Shown here one piece after another: positions 18,063 to 26,851 of a stretch of DNA of 64,000 nt. Position numbers and translations under genes: made by a program. The stretch lies in the sequence record OQ992562.1; one strand, 5' to 3'. Numbering within the stretch: the stretch's first letter is position 1; the number at the start of each line of letters is the position of its first letter. The notes below the pieces were generated by a model that worked only from the letters and a program-made list of their open reading frames with translations, was not told the origin of the DNA and searched no databases.

Positions 18063-18436
18063 AACTTGAATGCATAAGAGATACTGCACAGATCTTCTAC
18101 AGTAAAAGAGCTTTTATAAAAGGTGATTATATTGGTAGCGAATATCATATTTACCAATTACTAACCCATCTTCATCATCGTATCGTTAATACACTTATTG
18201 AAATATATGATGATGATTCACTAGCTGATGTGCTAAATAAAAGTCCTGATGATATTATCATCATGTTCTCTAAACATGCGACTAATGCGTATCAGCATTA
18301 CAAAGTTCTTCGCCAAAATATAAATGCTAAGATTGAAGAAGTAAATGCATCACGAAATAGGTATACCCTGTGGTCTAACTTAGTAGAGGATATTCTTAAG
18401 TTTAGACTATATTGCAGTAAACTAAAGGTGGGTTGA
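18059..18436 (+). CDS. hypothetical protein
   Basis: 125 aa ORF, ATGA overlap. Confidence 0.7.
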   Translation: MKLECIRDTAQIFYSKRAFIKGDYIGSEYHIYQLLTHLHHRIVNTLIEIYDDDSLADVLNKSPDDIIIMFSKHATNAYQHYKVLRQNINAKIEEVNASRNRYTLWSNLVEDILKFRLYCSKLKVG

Positions 18437-18437
18437 G

Positions 18438-18800
18438 ATGATTGAATTTAATGCGACTGAAGTGGAAATGCTTGTTAAAACAGTTACTGGTGATTTATTT
18501 AACATCACCTATGGCGCACATCCTGCTGAAATTAATTGGATGCTTAAAGCAGATGTTGCAATGTTGGATGCATGGTTTGCTAAGGTTTATCAGTTTGGTA
18601 TGTCAAAGCAAATCCCATATGCCAGTATCCCATTTACCAATCTAGTGGATGTGTCAATTGAGTGGCTATTCCAATACATGGCCAATCTGGCAGCTAACCT
18701 AGGTGATTTTGAAGAGGTCCAAGAACCTATTTTCAATATCATCAATAAGATCCATTCAATGTGGTTAGTTTATGATAAGTATTCATGGACTGGTAGCTAA
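18438..18800 (+). CDS. hypothetical protein
   Basis: 120 aa ORF. Confidence 0.7.
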   Translation: MIEFNATEVEMLVKTVTGDLFNITYGAHPAEINWMLKADVAMLDAWFAKVYQFGMSKQIPYASIPFTNLVDVSIEWLFQYMANLAANLGDFEEVQEPIFNIINKIHSMWLVYDKYSWTGS

Positions 18801-18843
18801 TACTTGACCGTCCAATTAGATAGTTATAGGACGGGAATTAACC

Positions 18844-19179
18844 ATGTTTATAGTTGATGATAAGTGTTATAGTTGGTCAAGTACTTCGCACGGTCGTGGG
18901 AAAAGAAGCGAAATAGTTGGAGCAGGTGTTTATGTTATTGAACACATTGCAACTGGGAAGTATTTGGTAGGGCTTTCAAAGACTGTTAGTAATGAAGTTG
19001 ATAAACATATCGCTGCATTACGTAATAATAGTCATCAAAATAAGGCAATGTTAGGTTTAGTACATCGGGACATGGATTTACGTTTATTAGAATATCCCAT
19101 TAGTAAGGTTAGTGATCAAAAAGCACTTATTGCTAAGATCCGAGCCACTACTGAACCTAAATATTTAATGCTTAATTAG
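18844..19179 (+). CDS. GIY-YIG-fold protein, probably catalytically degenerate
   Basis: GVYVIEHIATGKYLVGLS...KH...LRNNSHQNKAM; conserved Arg position appears to be Glu. Confidence 0.65.
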   Translation: MFIVDDKCYSWSSTSHGRGKRSEIVGAGVYVIEHIATGKYLVGLSKTVSNEVDKHIAALRNNSHQNKAMLGLVHRDMDLRLLEYPISKVSDQKALIAKIRATTEPKYLMLN

Positions 19180-19225
19180 GGAGGGTAATACCTCCCTTTT
19201 CTTATATAAGAAAAGGAAATATACA

Positions 19226-19912
19226 ATGAGTAATCCATTAGTTATCAAATCGGCAAGTGATCTAGTAGAACCAAAAGAGATAGATTACAAAGCACCTATT
19301 TTTAAGGCCAGTCACGAATATGAATCTATTCGTGAGAATAGCAGACAGTTAATTGAAAAGCAAATGAAACTATCCAAAAAACCTTTTGCCGTGGTTGAAC
19401 GAGAAGGTGATATTGGTTCCAATGTTGTTTATTACACGTGTGGATGTAATAAAGAAGATCCACTCTTTCCTGAACTGGTGATCACTGCCTGCATTACTAA
19501 GGAATCGGCAGTAAATACCTTTTACGCCATTTTTGAAAAATTAAAAGAAGTGAAACAGATCACGGGTGGCGTAGAGATTGCAGATTTACTGAGTGCATTT
19601 GAAGAAGATCAACGGATGGGACGCCAACCTAAATTTGGTATTCGCCTAATTGATACTCGTCAATTTGTATATGGTTTTGGTGGTAAACTCCACGCATACT
19701 ACAATATGGATGACTATTATAACCAATTGCCCATCTGGCAAATTCTCATCAGTGATATTGAAGGATTCCTACCCACTGATAGTGGTTATCTACAAACAGT
19801 TTGTCCGCAGTTTCTTCTAGCCGATAAACCTTTCGGACAAGCTGGTAATATCTATCCTACTGACATTTTTAAAACTATGAAATGTCGTCCTTCTGCAACA
19901 GTTATTCATTAA
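19226..19912 (+). CDS. DUF4262-like protein
   Basis: YYTCG...PELVIT...WQILISDIEGFLPTDSGY...PQFLL resembles DUF4262 (YTvG...PEL...QlvwpD.eG.fPw..gy...QPlL). Confidence 0.6.
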   Translation: MSNPLVIKSASDLVEPKEIDYKAPIFKASHEYESIRENSRQLIEKQMKLSKKPFAVVEREGDIGSNVVYYTCGCNKEDPLFPELVITACITKESAVNTFYAIFEKLKEVKQITGGVEIADLLSAFEEDQRMGRQPKFGIRLIDTRQFVYGFGGKLHAYYNMDDYYNQLPIWQILISDIEGFLPTDSGYLQTVCPQFLLADKPFGQAGNIYPTDIFKTMKCRPSATVIH

Positions 19913-19924
19913 GAGGTTAATATA

Positions 19925-20164
19925 ATGCGTGAGTTTCGTACTGGTCAATATTGTATTACTAAAATTGATATTCCTCATCCAAAACCCAATGCATTAACTG
20001 GCCCAACTTATTTAACAGCTGGACAGCAGTGCCAAATTATCGTTTATGATCCATCGAAAACACCTTCTACTGGTATTCGTAAAGAAGGTGAAAACTTTGC
20101 AATGGTTTATGTAGACGAATCTGCACTAATTGCTGATCCATCAAAACCGGTTCCAACTCTATGA
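19925..20164 (+). CDS. small beta-rich (SH3-like) protein
   Basis: FRTGQYCIT...LTAGQQCQII; GAGG RBS. Confidence 0.6.
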   Translation: MREFRTGQYCITKIDIPHPKPNALTGPTYLTAGQQCQIIVYDPSKTPSTGIRKEGENFAMVYVDESALIADPSKPVPTL

Positions 20165-20520
20165 TATTTAAATTCTTTGATGTTAATGGAGAGTATGATC
20201 CACGTAACTTGTGGTTGCCCGCTGAACGTCAGCTATATATCTCTATTATTAATCCAGAGGGCCATGAGGTGCTCTGGTATGCTAGAAAACCAGGCACTAA
20301 TGTAGCTATGTTGACACCTAAGCGAGATGATTATGAACTTGTAAATTGTTCAAATATTCTGAAGGCTAGGGATGTTCTATTGGTTAATCATGAGGCTGGT
20401 TCAGTAGAAAAAGCATTACGTTATTTTGACTTACCTGTTAAAGGTAAATATAAATTAGCAAGTCGTACATGGGAATGTAGTGAACTATTCACTCTTCAAT
20501 TTATTGAATATAATTTTTAA
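20161..20520 (+). CDS. hypothetical protein
   Basis: 119 aa ORF. Confidence 0.7.
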   Translation: MIFKFFDVNGEYDPRNLWLPAERQLYISIINPEGHEVLWYARKPGTNVAMLTPKRDDYELVNCSNILKARDVLLVNHEAGSVEKALRYFDLPVKGKYKLASRTWECSELFTLQFIEYNF

Positions 20521-20534
20521 ATAGGTAATTATAA

Positions 20535-21056
20535 ATGGCTCTTATTTGTGGATATGGTGAAAATGCCGTGCTATTTGGTGGCGATGTTGATGTAGTCGAC
20601 TATGCGATGTCTCAAAGAAAATATACCTTAGATAATAAATTCATTATCCGTGGTATTGCTGTTATGAGTGCTGATAAAGAAGCGCGACATAGTTTCTGCC
20701 GAGCTAATAGTGAGCTGTTTCTTAGCCATCGCACAAAAGACTATAATGTAATCACACAACAATTCCAAGAATCGGTTAATAATTATAAAGTGATGGTTTA
20801 CATTGTATTCGATGACGAACTAGCCGTCTTTGTACCGAATACACCAATCACTGTACTGAATTATAAAAATAATCCAGATGGAGTTACTGTGATTAATAAA
20901 GGTTTCCGATATAAACAAAGGGAGAGGCTTAAAGTTCTCATTAAAACATATCACGATGATCTATTGTTATTGGCTAAGAATATTGCAGATAATTCATTGA
21001 AAGATGTTAATCAACTAACTGTCTTTAAAGACGGAACTACCCAACGGTTTATTTAA
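20535..21056 (+). CDS. hypothetical protein
   Basis: 173 aa ORF. Confidence 0.75.
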   Translation: MALICGYGENAVLFGGDVDVVDYAMSQRKYTLDNKFIIRGIAVMSADKEARHSFCRANSELFLSHRTKDYNVITQQFQESVNNYKVMVYIVFDDELAVFVPNTPITVLNYKNNPDGVTVINKGFRYKQRERLKVLIKTYHDDLLLLAKNIADNSLKDVNQLTVFKDGTTQRFI

Positions 21057-21067
21057 GGTATCTTTAC

Positions 21068-21367
21068 ATGACCACTAAACAACAGCGCATTACCTATCAC
21101 TATCATTGTAAAGGTCTTAAACAGACATATCACCCAGTCATTGGTAAAGATGGGGAATTGAAACTGTCTGTACTTACACCTGATAATATTTATAGTCAAT
21201 ATCCATTATACGAGGATGTAGAAGATGAAGCTATCGATAAATTATGCGATCAGGTAGAACTACTACTGAGAAAAGAACTTGTGGGTGTAATTGCTATTAA
21301 ATATAATGTCGATTATCTAGCTACCCCTGGTGAGAAATTAAAAGAAGTATATAGACTCGTAATTTAA
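21068..21367 (+). CDS. hypothetical protein
   Basis: 99 aa ORF; UUCG hairpin 21381-21398 follows. Confidence 0.7.
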   Translation: MTTKQQRITYHYHCKGLKQTYHPVIGKDGELKLSVLTPDNIYSQYPLYEDVEDEAIDKLCDQVELLLRKELVGVIAIKYNVDYLATPGEKLKEVYRLVI

Positions 21368-21425
21368 TAATGGTATAATTGCCCTCCTTCGGGAGGGCTT
21401 CTATTTCGTAAAAAGGAAAATACAA

Positions 21426-21866
21426 ATGAAAGCGTTCATCCCAAAATGGCGCCAAGACCCAAATAACGTTGACCATAAGTATGGTTATGAACTGAATGCA
21501 TACACCTCTGTTTCTGGTACTCGCGTCTTCATCGAACGTCGTGTTGAATACTACAATAAGAAAAAGAAACAATGGTGCGATGAAACAATTCAAGTAATTC
21601 ATCTTGGTAAACTGAATTGTTATATTTGGAAACACTATCCAGTTATCAGTTTCAGAGATGTTGGTGTAATCTACGGTCGGTTAGAATTTGATGAACTAAA
21701 GAAAGTAAATAAACTTATTCAGAGTTCAAATTCCGTATCTATTGAACTGATGGAATCTATTTCAAAAGAATATCAGGTTTATATCACAGCTGTAATTAAT
21801 AACATCAAATATGTGTTCAGCCCTGAACGTACTTATGTATCTGATGAGGGTTACGTAGATGACTAA
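21426..21866 (+). CDS. hypothetical protein
   Basis: 146 aa ORF, AAGGA RBS. Confidence 0.75.
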   Translation: MKAFIPKWRQDPNNVDHKYGYELNAYTSVSGTRVFIERRVEYYNKKKKQWCDETIQVIHLGKLNCYIWKHYPVISFRDVGVIYGRLEFDELKKVNKLIQSSNSVSIELMESISKEYQVYITAVINNIKYVFSPERTYVSDEGYVDD

Positions 21867-22320
21867 AGCAACTACTAATATCGTAATACAAGAGAAGCTT
21901 AAAGAACTCCGTCATAATAGTGATTGGATGTATTACATGACTTCCCAGTTCACTAACTGGATGTCAATGACTCCAGGTGCACTGAATTATAAAAACAACA
22001 TGACACCAGATGAGTATTACGAGCATCTGGTAACTTGGCGGGTGATGACTGAGGATCTAATCCGAGTTCGTAAATCAATTGGTATCAGTATGTCAGGTAT
22101 GATTAGTGATACACTAACACATCTTGATGTAAATGAAGTAATGTGTGAGTTCAGTGTATCAGCTAAACTACGTGTTCATCGCAATCATTGGAAAACCAAT
22201 ATGCTTTACTTGGGTCTTGACTGCGGTGATCATCTATGGCGTCCTAAAGAACGAGTATTCGTAGTTGGTCAAACGGAATGGTCTCGTTTCCGCGATGCTA
22301 TTGTCAATGGTGTTTACTAA
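21859..22320 (+). CDS. hypothetical protein
   Basis: 153 aa ORF. Confidence 0.75.
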   Translation: MTKATTNIVIQEKLKELRHNSDWMYYMTSQFTNWMSMTPGALNYKNNMTPDEYYEHLVTWRVMTEDLIRVRKSIGISMSGMISDTLTHLDVNEVMCEFSVSAKLRVHRNHWKTNMLYLGLDCGDHLWRPKERVFVVGQTEWSRFRDAIVNGVY

Positions 22321-22352
22321 GTGATTCCTTTATGTATTTAGGATAATTAAAA

Positions 22353-22865
22353 ATGGCAAAAACACTCCGTGTAGTACGTGTCCGTGATGGGATCGTTGAT
22401 AGTCTTAATAACGATGGTCTATGGGTTAACAAACATACCTTTTGTATGGAAGAGGTATGGGAAGCCCACAAACAAACAACCCAATTCCAGTCTTACAACT
22501 GGGGGACTATGTACTTCGTTAGTGAAAATGATGTAGCATGTAATCCATATCCTCATCATCAATACCGTGAAGTATGGATCTGTCAACGAGGTGTGCAACA
22601 AAAACTAGAACTATGTGAGGATTTAGAATCCGGTATAGTTGGGGATGATCATGTTGTAGTTATTATGACTACCACGGATGGATTAGATTATAGTTTTGTG
22701 AGTGGTGTGTATGGCGACCGTATTAACTACAGTCCTTACTATGGTGATGCCATTTCTATACCTTGTACCAATAATCAAGAAGCAGACGATGTCTATCATA
22801 TTCTAGCTAAAATGGCTAATGGCATAAGTCTATCTGTTCCTCTAGTAATGAAGCTGATTAAATAA
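22353..22865 (+). CDS. hypothetical protein
   Basis: 170 aa ORF. Confidence 0.75.
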   Translation: MAKTLRVVRVRDGIVDSLNNDGLWVNKHTFCMEEVWEAHKQTTQFQSYNWGTMYFVSENDVACNPYPHHQYREVWICQRGVQQKLELCEDLESGIVGDDHVVVIMTTTDGLDYSFVSGVYGDRINYSPYYGDAISIPCTNNQEADDVYHILAKMANGISLSVPLVMKLIK

Positions 22866-22872
22866 AGGAGTA

Positions 22873-23238
22873 ATGATTATGGATTATAAATGGCATGATA
22901 AGTTCATTATAGAAATTATTAGTAAAAGTTGTAAAAAAGATGGAATTGGTAAAAGTTACTTAGTGCGTAAAGATTGGAGAGATGTTAATCAGCGTGATTA
23001 CGCCATTCTATCACGTATTGGTTTCCATGATGCTCTTTTGCTTGATGAACATGAAGTCGAATACTATTTGAACAATGTAGCATTTGATATCGCAAAGGCC
23101 GTATGGGAGTCTGAAGGTAAACCAAAAGATACTGATATGCATATTCGGGCATTGCGCGTAGATATGGATAGCCTATCTAATAGATTCAAGATATATACTG
23201 ATATAAAACTAGATATGGATAAGCACCGGAAATCGTAA
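22873..23238 (+). CDS. hypothetical protein
   Basis: 121 aa ORF, AGGAG RBS. Confidence 0.75.
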   Translation: MIMDYKWHDKFIIEIISKSCKKDGIGKSYLVRKDWRDVNQRDYAILSRIGFHDALLLDEHEVEYYLNNVAFDIAKAVWESEGKPKDTDMHIRALRVDMDSLSNRFKIYTDIKLDMDKHRKS

Positions 23239-23278
23239 AAGATATCCATCGTATACATTTATTAATAGGAACCTACAA

Positions 23279-23635
23279 ATGCAACTAGATAAAGACAAAT
23301 TGAAAGAATTGGTAAATATCATTGAAGAGAATACACGCCTTAAAGGTAAAGTATTCCACCAGGAAACCTACTCCAGTATTCATGGTGAAATAGAGGTTCG
23401 CAGTTACGCTGGTAATTTCATTTTCTATAAAAATCATACTACTGAACAATATGCAATGTTCAATGTAGAGTTTGACACACATGGTAAGGTAGTTAGATTC
23501 ATAGCACCTGCACTATTACGTGCGACTATTATTTGGGAATTGAACGAAGAACCAGAATACTACAAAATCAACATCGAGCAAATGCTGATCGAAGCAGTAA
23601 CCAATCACTTCAATACTGCCACACTACTACCTTGA
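23279..23635 (+). CDS. hypothetical protein
   Basis: 118 aa ORF, AGGA RBS. Confidence 0.75.
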   Translation: MQLDKDKLKELVNIIEENTRLKGKVFHQETYSSIHGEIEVRSYAGNFIFYKNHTTEQYAMFNVEFDTHGKVVRFIAPALLRATIIWELNEEPEYYKINIEQMLIEAVTNHFNTATLLP

Positions 23636-23681
23636 AGTTAATTGATAACCATAACTCTTATAAAGCATAGTGGATTTTATT

Positions 23682-24197
23682 ATGAATAAACCAGAATTAC
23701 TTTACCATGGTTCTCTTTATAAACAAGATGAATTAATGCCAGGATTTAAAAGATCTGGTGAACTTGTTATGTGGGATGGTATTGAGTCTAACCAATACCT
23801 ATATGCAACGTCATCTGAAAAAGATGCATCTTATTTAGGTATTGGTAGCGCTATCGAAAAGTTATTTGATAGTGATAGATATGCTACTGTTGATAGGGAT
23901 ATTACAATCTATTGTCAAAATAATATCGATAAAAGTGATATTTTAAAAATGGTTGTGTATGTTTATACCATTCCATTTAGGGACTCTGACAAATGGATTA
24001 AGAATAATAATCCTCACAATAGCATTGATACTGAGTGGATTACGAAAAACACTATCCATGATGTTACTGTAAGGAAATTAGATATTGGTGAATTTTTAAA
24101 AGGTGCTCGCTTAACTGTCACTAAAGCACCAGTGGATGTTGATCCATTAAACATCATGTCACAATATCGTTCAGTAACAGAGCGTTATCTGTTTTAA
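23682..24197 (+). CDS. ADP-ribosyltransferase-fold protein (Arr-like H-Y type)
   Basis: LLYHGS...YLYAT...VYVY, the strand pattern of small ARTs. Confidence 0.6.
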   Translation: MNKPELLYHGSLYKQDELMPGFKRSGELVMWDGIESNQYLYATSSEKDASYLGIGSAIEKLFDSDRYATVDRDITIYCQNNIDKSDILKMVVYVYTIPFRDSDKWIKNNNPHNSIDTEWITKNTIHDVTVRKLDIGEFLKGARLTVTKAPVDVDPLNIMSQYRSVTERYLF

Positions 24198-24212
24198 TTA
24201 AATAGGTTAATT

Positions 24213-24677
24213 ATGTATCACATATCGACAGTATACCTTGGGGATTATGTTTTATTAAGGCCATATATTCCAAGTAATAGAGCTGATGGCGAAGACAGTG
24301 TAACCAACCGTATATGTGTGGCCCCATCAGTTATTGAATGTATTGCAGCTAAAAGCGGGAGTTATGATATCGATCTTAATTTACTTGGTTCTAAATCAAC
24401 TATTTACGCATACCGAAGTAATTCTACTGACTACATTATAGGAAATGTACCTGATCAAAAACAATATAGGGAACACTGGTATTTAAAACCAACTTTATTT
24501 GCGTATGTTGGCTCTCTGCAATTATTAGAGACTGGGGTGATTAAGGTAAGTAGTGAAGTCGATATGTATTCTAAATTAATGGTATCACATCGGTTAAACT
24601 ACTTCAATAATATTATTAGTAAAGAAGAACTAATACACCATTGGCATATAGAGGCTTTATCTATTTTAAATGGTTAG
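24213..24677 (+). CDS. ADP-ribosyltransferase-fold-like phage protein
   Basis: MYHIS...LRPYIP...ED...RICVAPS...C...REHW. Confidence 0.5.
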   Translation: MYHISTVYLGDYVLLRPYIPSNRADGEDSVTNRICVAPSVIECIAAKSGSYDIDLNLLGSKSTIYAYRSNSTDYIIGNVPDQKQYREHWYLKPTLFAYVGSLQLLETGVIKVSSEVDMYSKLMVSHRLNYFNNIISKEELIHHWHIEALSILNG

Positions 24678-24697
24678 ATCATAATTTATTTAAGATC

Positions 24698-24705
24698 TAT
24701 ATTAC
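24698..24705 (+). promoter_or_regulatory. early promoter core TATATTAC
   Basis: Intergenic motif upstream of ORF 24733. Confidence 0.65.
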
Positions 24706-24732
24706 AAGTGTACTATCAATAAACTAATAGGA

Positions 24733-25095
24733 GTGATACAAGTGGATTTTATAATTGAAATTATCGATAATCCCAATAGTGATACTGCGTTGTATGTTTA
24801 TGATTATTGGGGTACCCTAACTACGGTTGTGGGTAATGCAAAAACCCTGGCAGAAGCATATAGTTTTAAATATTCATCCATTGACAGCATTGAAAAATTA
24901 AAAGCTGTCATTGGTAAAAATATCGAATGCATTTTTAAAGAAATGCATGATCAATCGAATAAGGTAATTCGTGTTAATATCGTAAAAGTAGATCTAGAGA
25001 ATAAGATTATTAGTAAGCGCATCGAAATTGTAAAAAGCTATAGTGTTATCAATAGTGATGGTGAACTTATTCTAATCACAGATGTAGTACGGTAA
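24733..25095 (+). CDS. hypothetical protein
   Basis: 120 aa ORF, GTG start after AGGAG. Confidence 0.7.
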   Translation: MIQVDFIIEIIDNPNSDTALYVYDYWGTLTTVVGNAKTLAEAYSFKYSSIDSIEKLKAVIGKNIECIFKEMHDQSNKVIRVNIVKVDLENKIISKRIEIVKSYSVINSDGELILITDVVR

Positions 25096-25136
25096 TTGAA
25101 TAAATAATTCATTAATTTAACATAGGTGATATAACC

Positions 25137-26009
25137 ATGGCACGTCGTTCTAATAAAATTCGTATTGGTTTTAACGTATCGCTTAAAGCGCTTGAACGAA
25201 ATGGATCTGATGTAATTAAACTACATGATGACATCATATCTTGTTTTAGTGAACTATATCAAAATTACGTAAAAATTGATACAACTACTGACAAAGATGA
25301 CAAATCACTAAAACAAGGCATTATTGATGTCGTGGTGTATGTCGATCTAAATACAGCGAACCAAGCCATTCGTTTTAAAGGTATTAGTGATCTGGTAAAC
25401 CATCTACAGTTTAATGTAATGGCGAATGATGTTATCGTCGATACAAGTGAATATATTCAGCCTAGCCATATGTCATATATCGAAGATGGTCACCTGAATA
25501 TGTTAGTGCGTCGAGAAGGTAAAGAGGTTATCAAAACCATTTTCACTGATGAATATGGTGTTGATCCACTAGTTAATAATGGATCAATAGGAGATGGATG
25601 TAGTGTTTCCGGGATCTATCTAATCGGTGAAGAAAATCGGGTTAATAAACTGGCACGTATTGTTTCTAACAACATTCGCAACGGAGAGTTTAATTTCAAG
25701 ACCGAAATAGGTATCCGTAAATTCTATTGGAGTGTACTCGGAAAACCAAGTGCGCAATTTAAGTATATCCACAGTGTGGTATTTAAGTACATCCACAATG
25801 AAATATGGAACCGTAATAGTTTCTATGTGGATACACTGATTAAGCTAACCAATGGCAAAGTTTATAGCTATGCTAAGAATGGTTTTGTTGGTGGACCTAC
25901 TGAACTAGAATTCCATTATTATGGTGTAACTGATCGAGAAAATTGGGATAATGCGTCAGACAATTTCCTATATCAGGAATTCGAGCAAAGTTGGTCTGTA
26001 AAAATCTAA
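25137..26009 (+). CDS. hypothetical protein, paralog family C member 1
   Basis: CSVSGIYLIGEENRVNKLARIV aligns with next ORF; UUCG hairpin 26014-26037 follows. Confidence 0.75.
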   Translation: MARRSNKIRIGFNVSLKALERNGSDVIKLHDDIISCFSELYQNYVKIDTTTDKDDKSLKQGIIDVVVYVDLNTANQAIRFKGISDLVNHLQFNVMANDVIVDTSEYIQPSHMSYIEDGHLNMLVRREGKEVIKTIFTDEYGVDPLVNNGSIGDGCSVSGIYLIGEENRVNKLARIVSNNIRNGEFNFKTEIGIRKFYWSVLGKPSAQFKYIHSVVFKYIHNEIWNRNSFYVDTLIKLTNGKVYSYAKNGFVGGPTELEFHYYGVTDRENWDNASDNFLYQEFEQSWSVKI

Positions 26010-26065
26010 TACATAAAGGGCTCTTCGGAGCCCTTTATTTTTTCTTTATTTGGCAGGAATATAAA

Positions 26066-26851
26066 ATGCATCGTCGAACTATGTACAGATTTAGCTTATC
26101 ATATTCCAATAAACTTATTAATAATAACCCACTTGGTTTTACAGTCGAGAGTTATCTTGAAAGCTGGTTTGACAAACTCAAGTGTCGATTAACTAAAGGT
26201 TATACCAAAAGCCATGCTATTCATTTTCGTGGAAGTTGGAAATACTTTGAATTAGATCAATATAAGAACAATGCTTTCTTCAATCAATATCACATGGTGA
26301 TGCAGTCACTAGAAGATCTAGAAAGAAAGATTAGTGGAGTGATTGGGTTAAGTATCAAAATCACTAAACCAGAACGACATTTATTTCATGTTCTATTTAA
26401 CCATGAAAAGATTATTCTATCCCCTAATGGCATTATCTTTGATGTACGTGTTCCAAAACACACCGTGATAGCTAATCCTGATGTTATGGGATATCGTAAT
26501 TGCAATGTAGATAAACTGACGGTATTTGGCGAGCGCTCTAAAGTTAACTATGTGGTTAAACAAGTACGTTATGCCTTAAAGCAGAAAGGGGTGACAACTG
26601 TTGCCAATAGTTCAATGACTCGTTTTTTATATGACCTATTTCATCCAAAATACAGAGACAATCAAATTTATAACTACGGCATGACTATGTCTGATGTTTA
26701 TGTAATGGCCGTATTCAAAAATGGGTATACGGAAATCTATGGTAAAGATGTAGGTGAAATATTTGAAAGTCATACTCTAGATTTTCTAGAACGTGAATAC
26801 ATGATCTGTGGACAATATTTTCCTAAGCTATCCAGAGGGATGCTAGTATGA
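26066..26851 (+). CDS. hypothetical protein, paralog family C member 2
   Basis: Start moved to ATG 26066 (AGGA RBS, after terminator); CNVDKLTVFGERSKVNYVVKQV. Confidence 0.75.
   Translation: MHRRTMYRFSLSYSNKLINNNPLGFTVESYLESWFDKLKCRLTKGYTKSHAIHFRGSWKYFELDQYKNNAFFNQYHMVMQSLEDLERKISGVIGLSIKITKPERHLFHVLFNHEKIILSPNGIIFDVRVPKHTVIANPDVMGYRNCNVDKLTVFGERSKVNYVVKQVRYALKQKGVTTVANSSMTRFLYDLFHPKYRDNQIYNYGMTMSDVYVMAVFKNGYTEIYGKDVGEIFESHTLDFLEREYMICGQYFPKLSRGMLV

Noticed and set aside
25991-26065. N-terminal extension of ORF 25991
   Set aside because: Overlaps the previous stop and the UUCG terminator; ATG 26066 has an RBS
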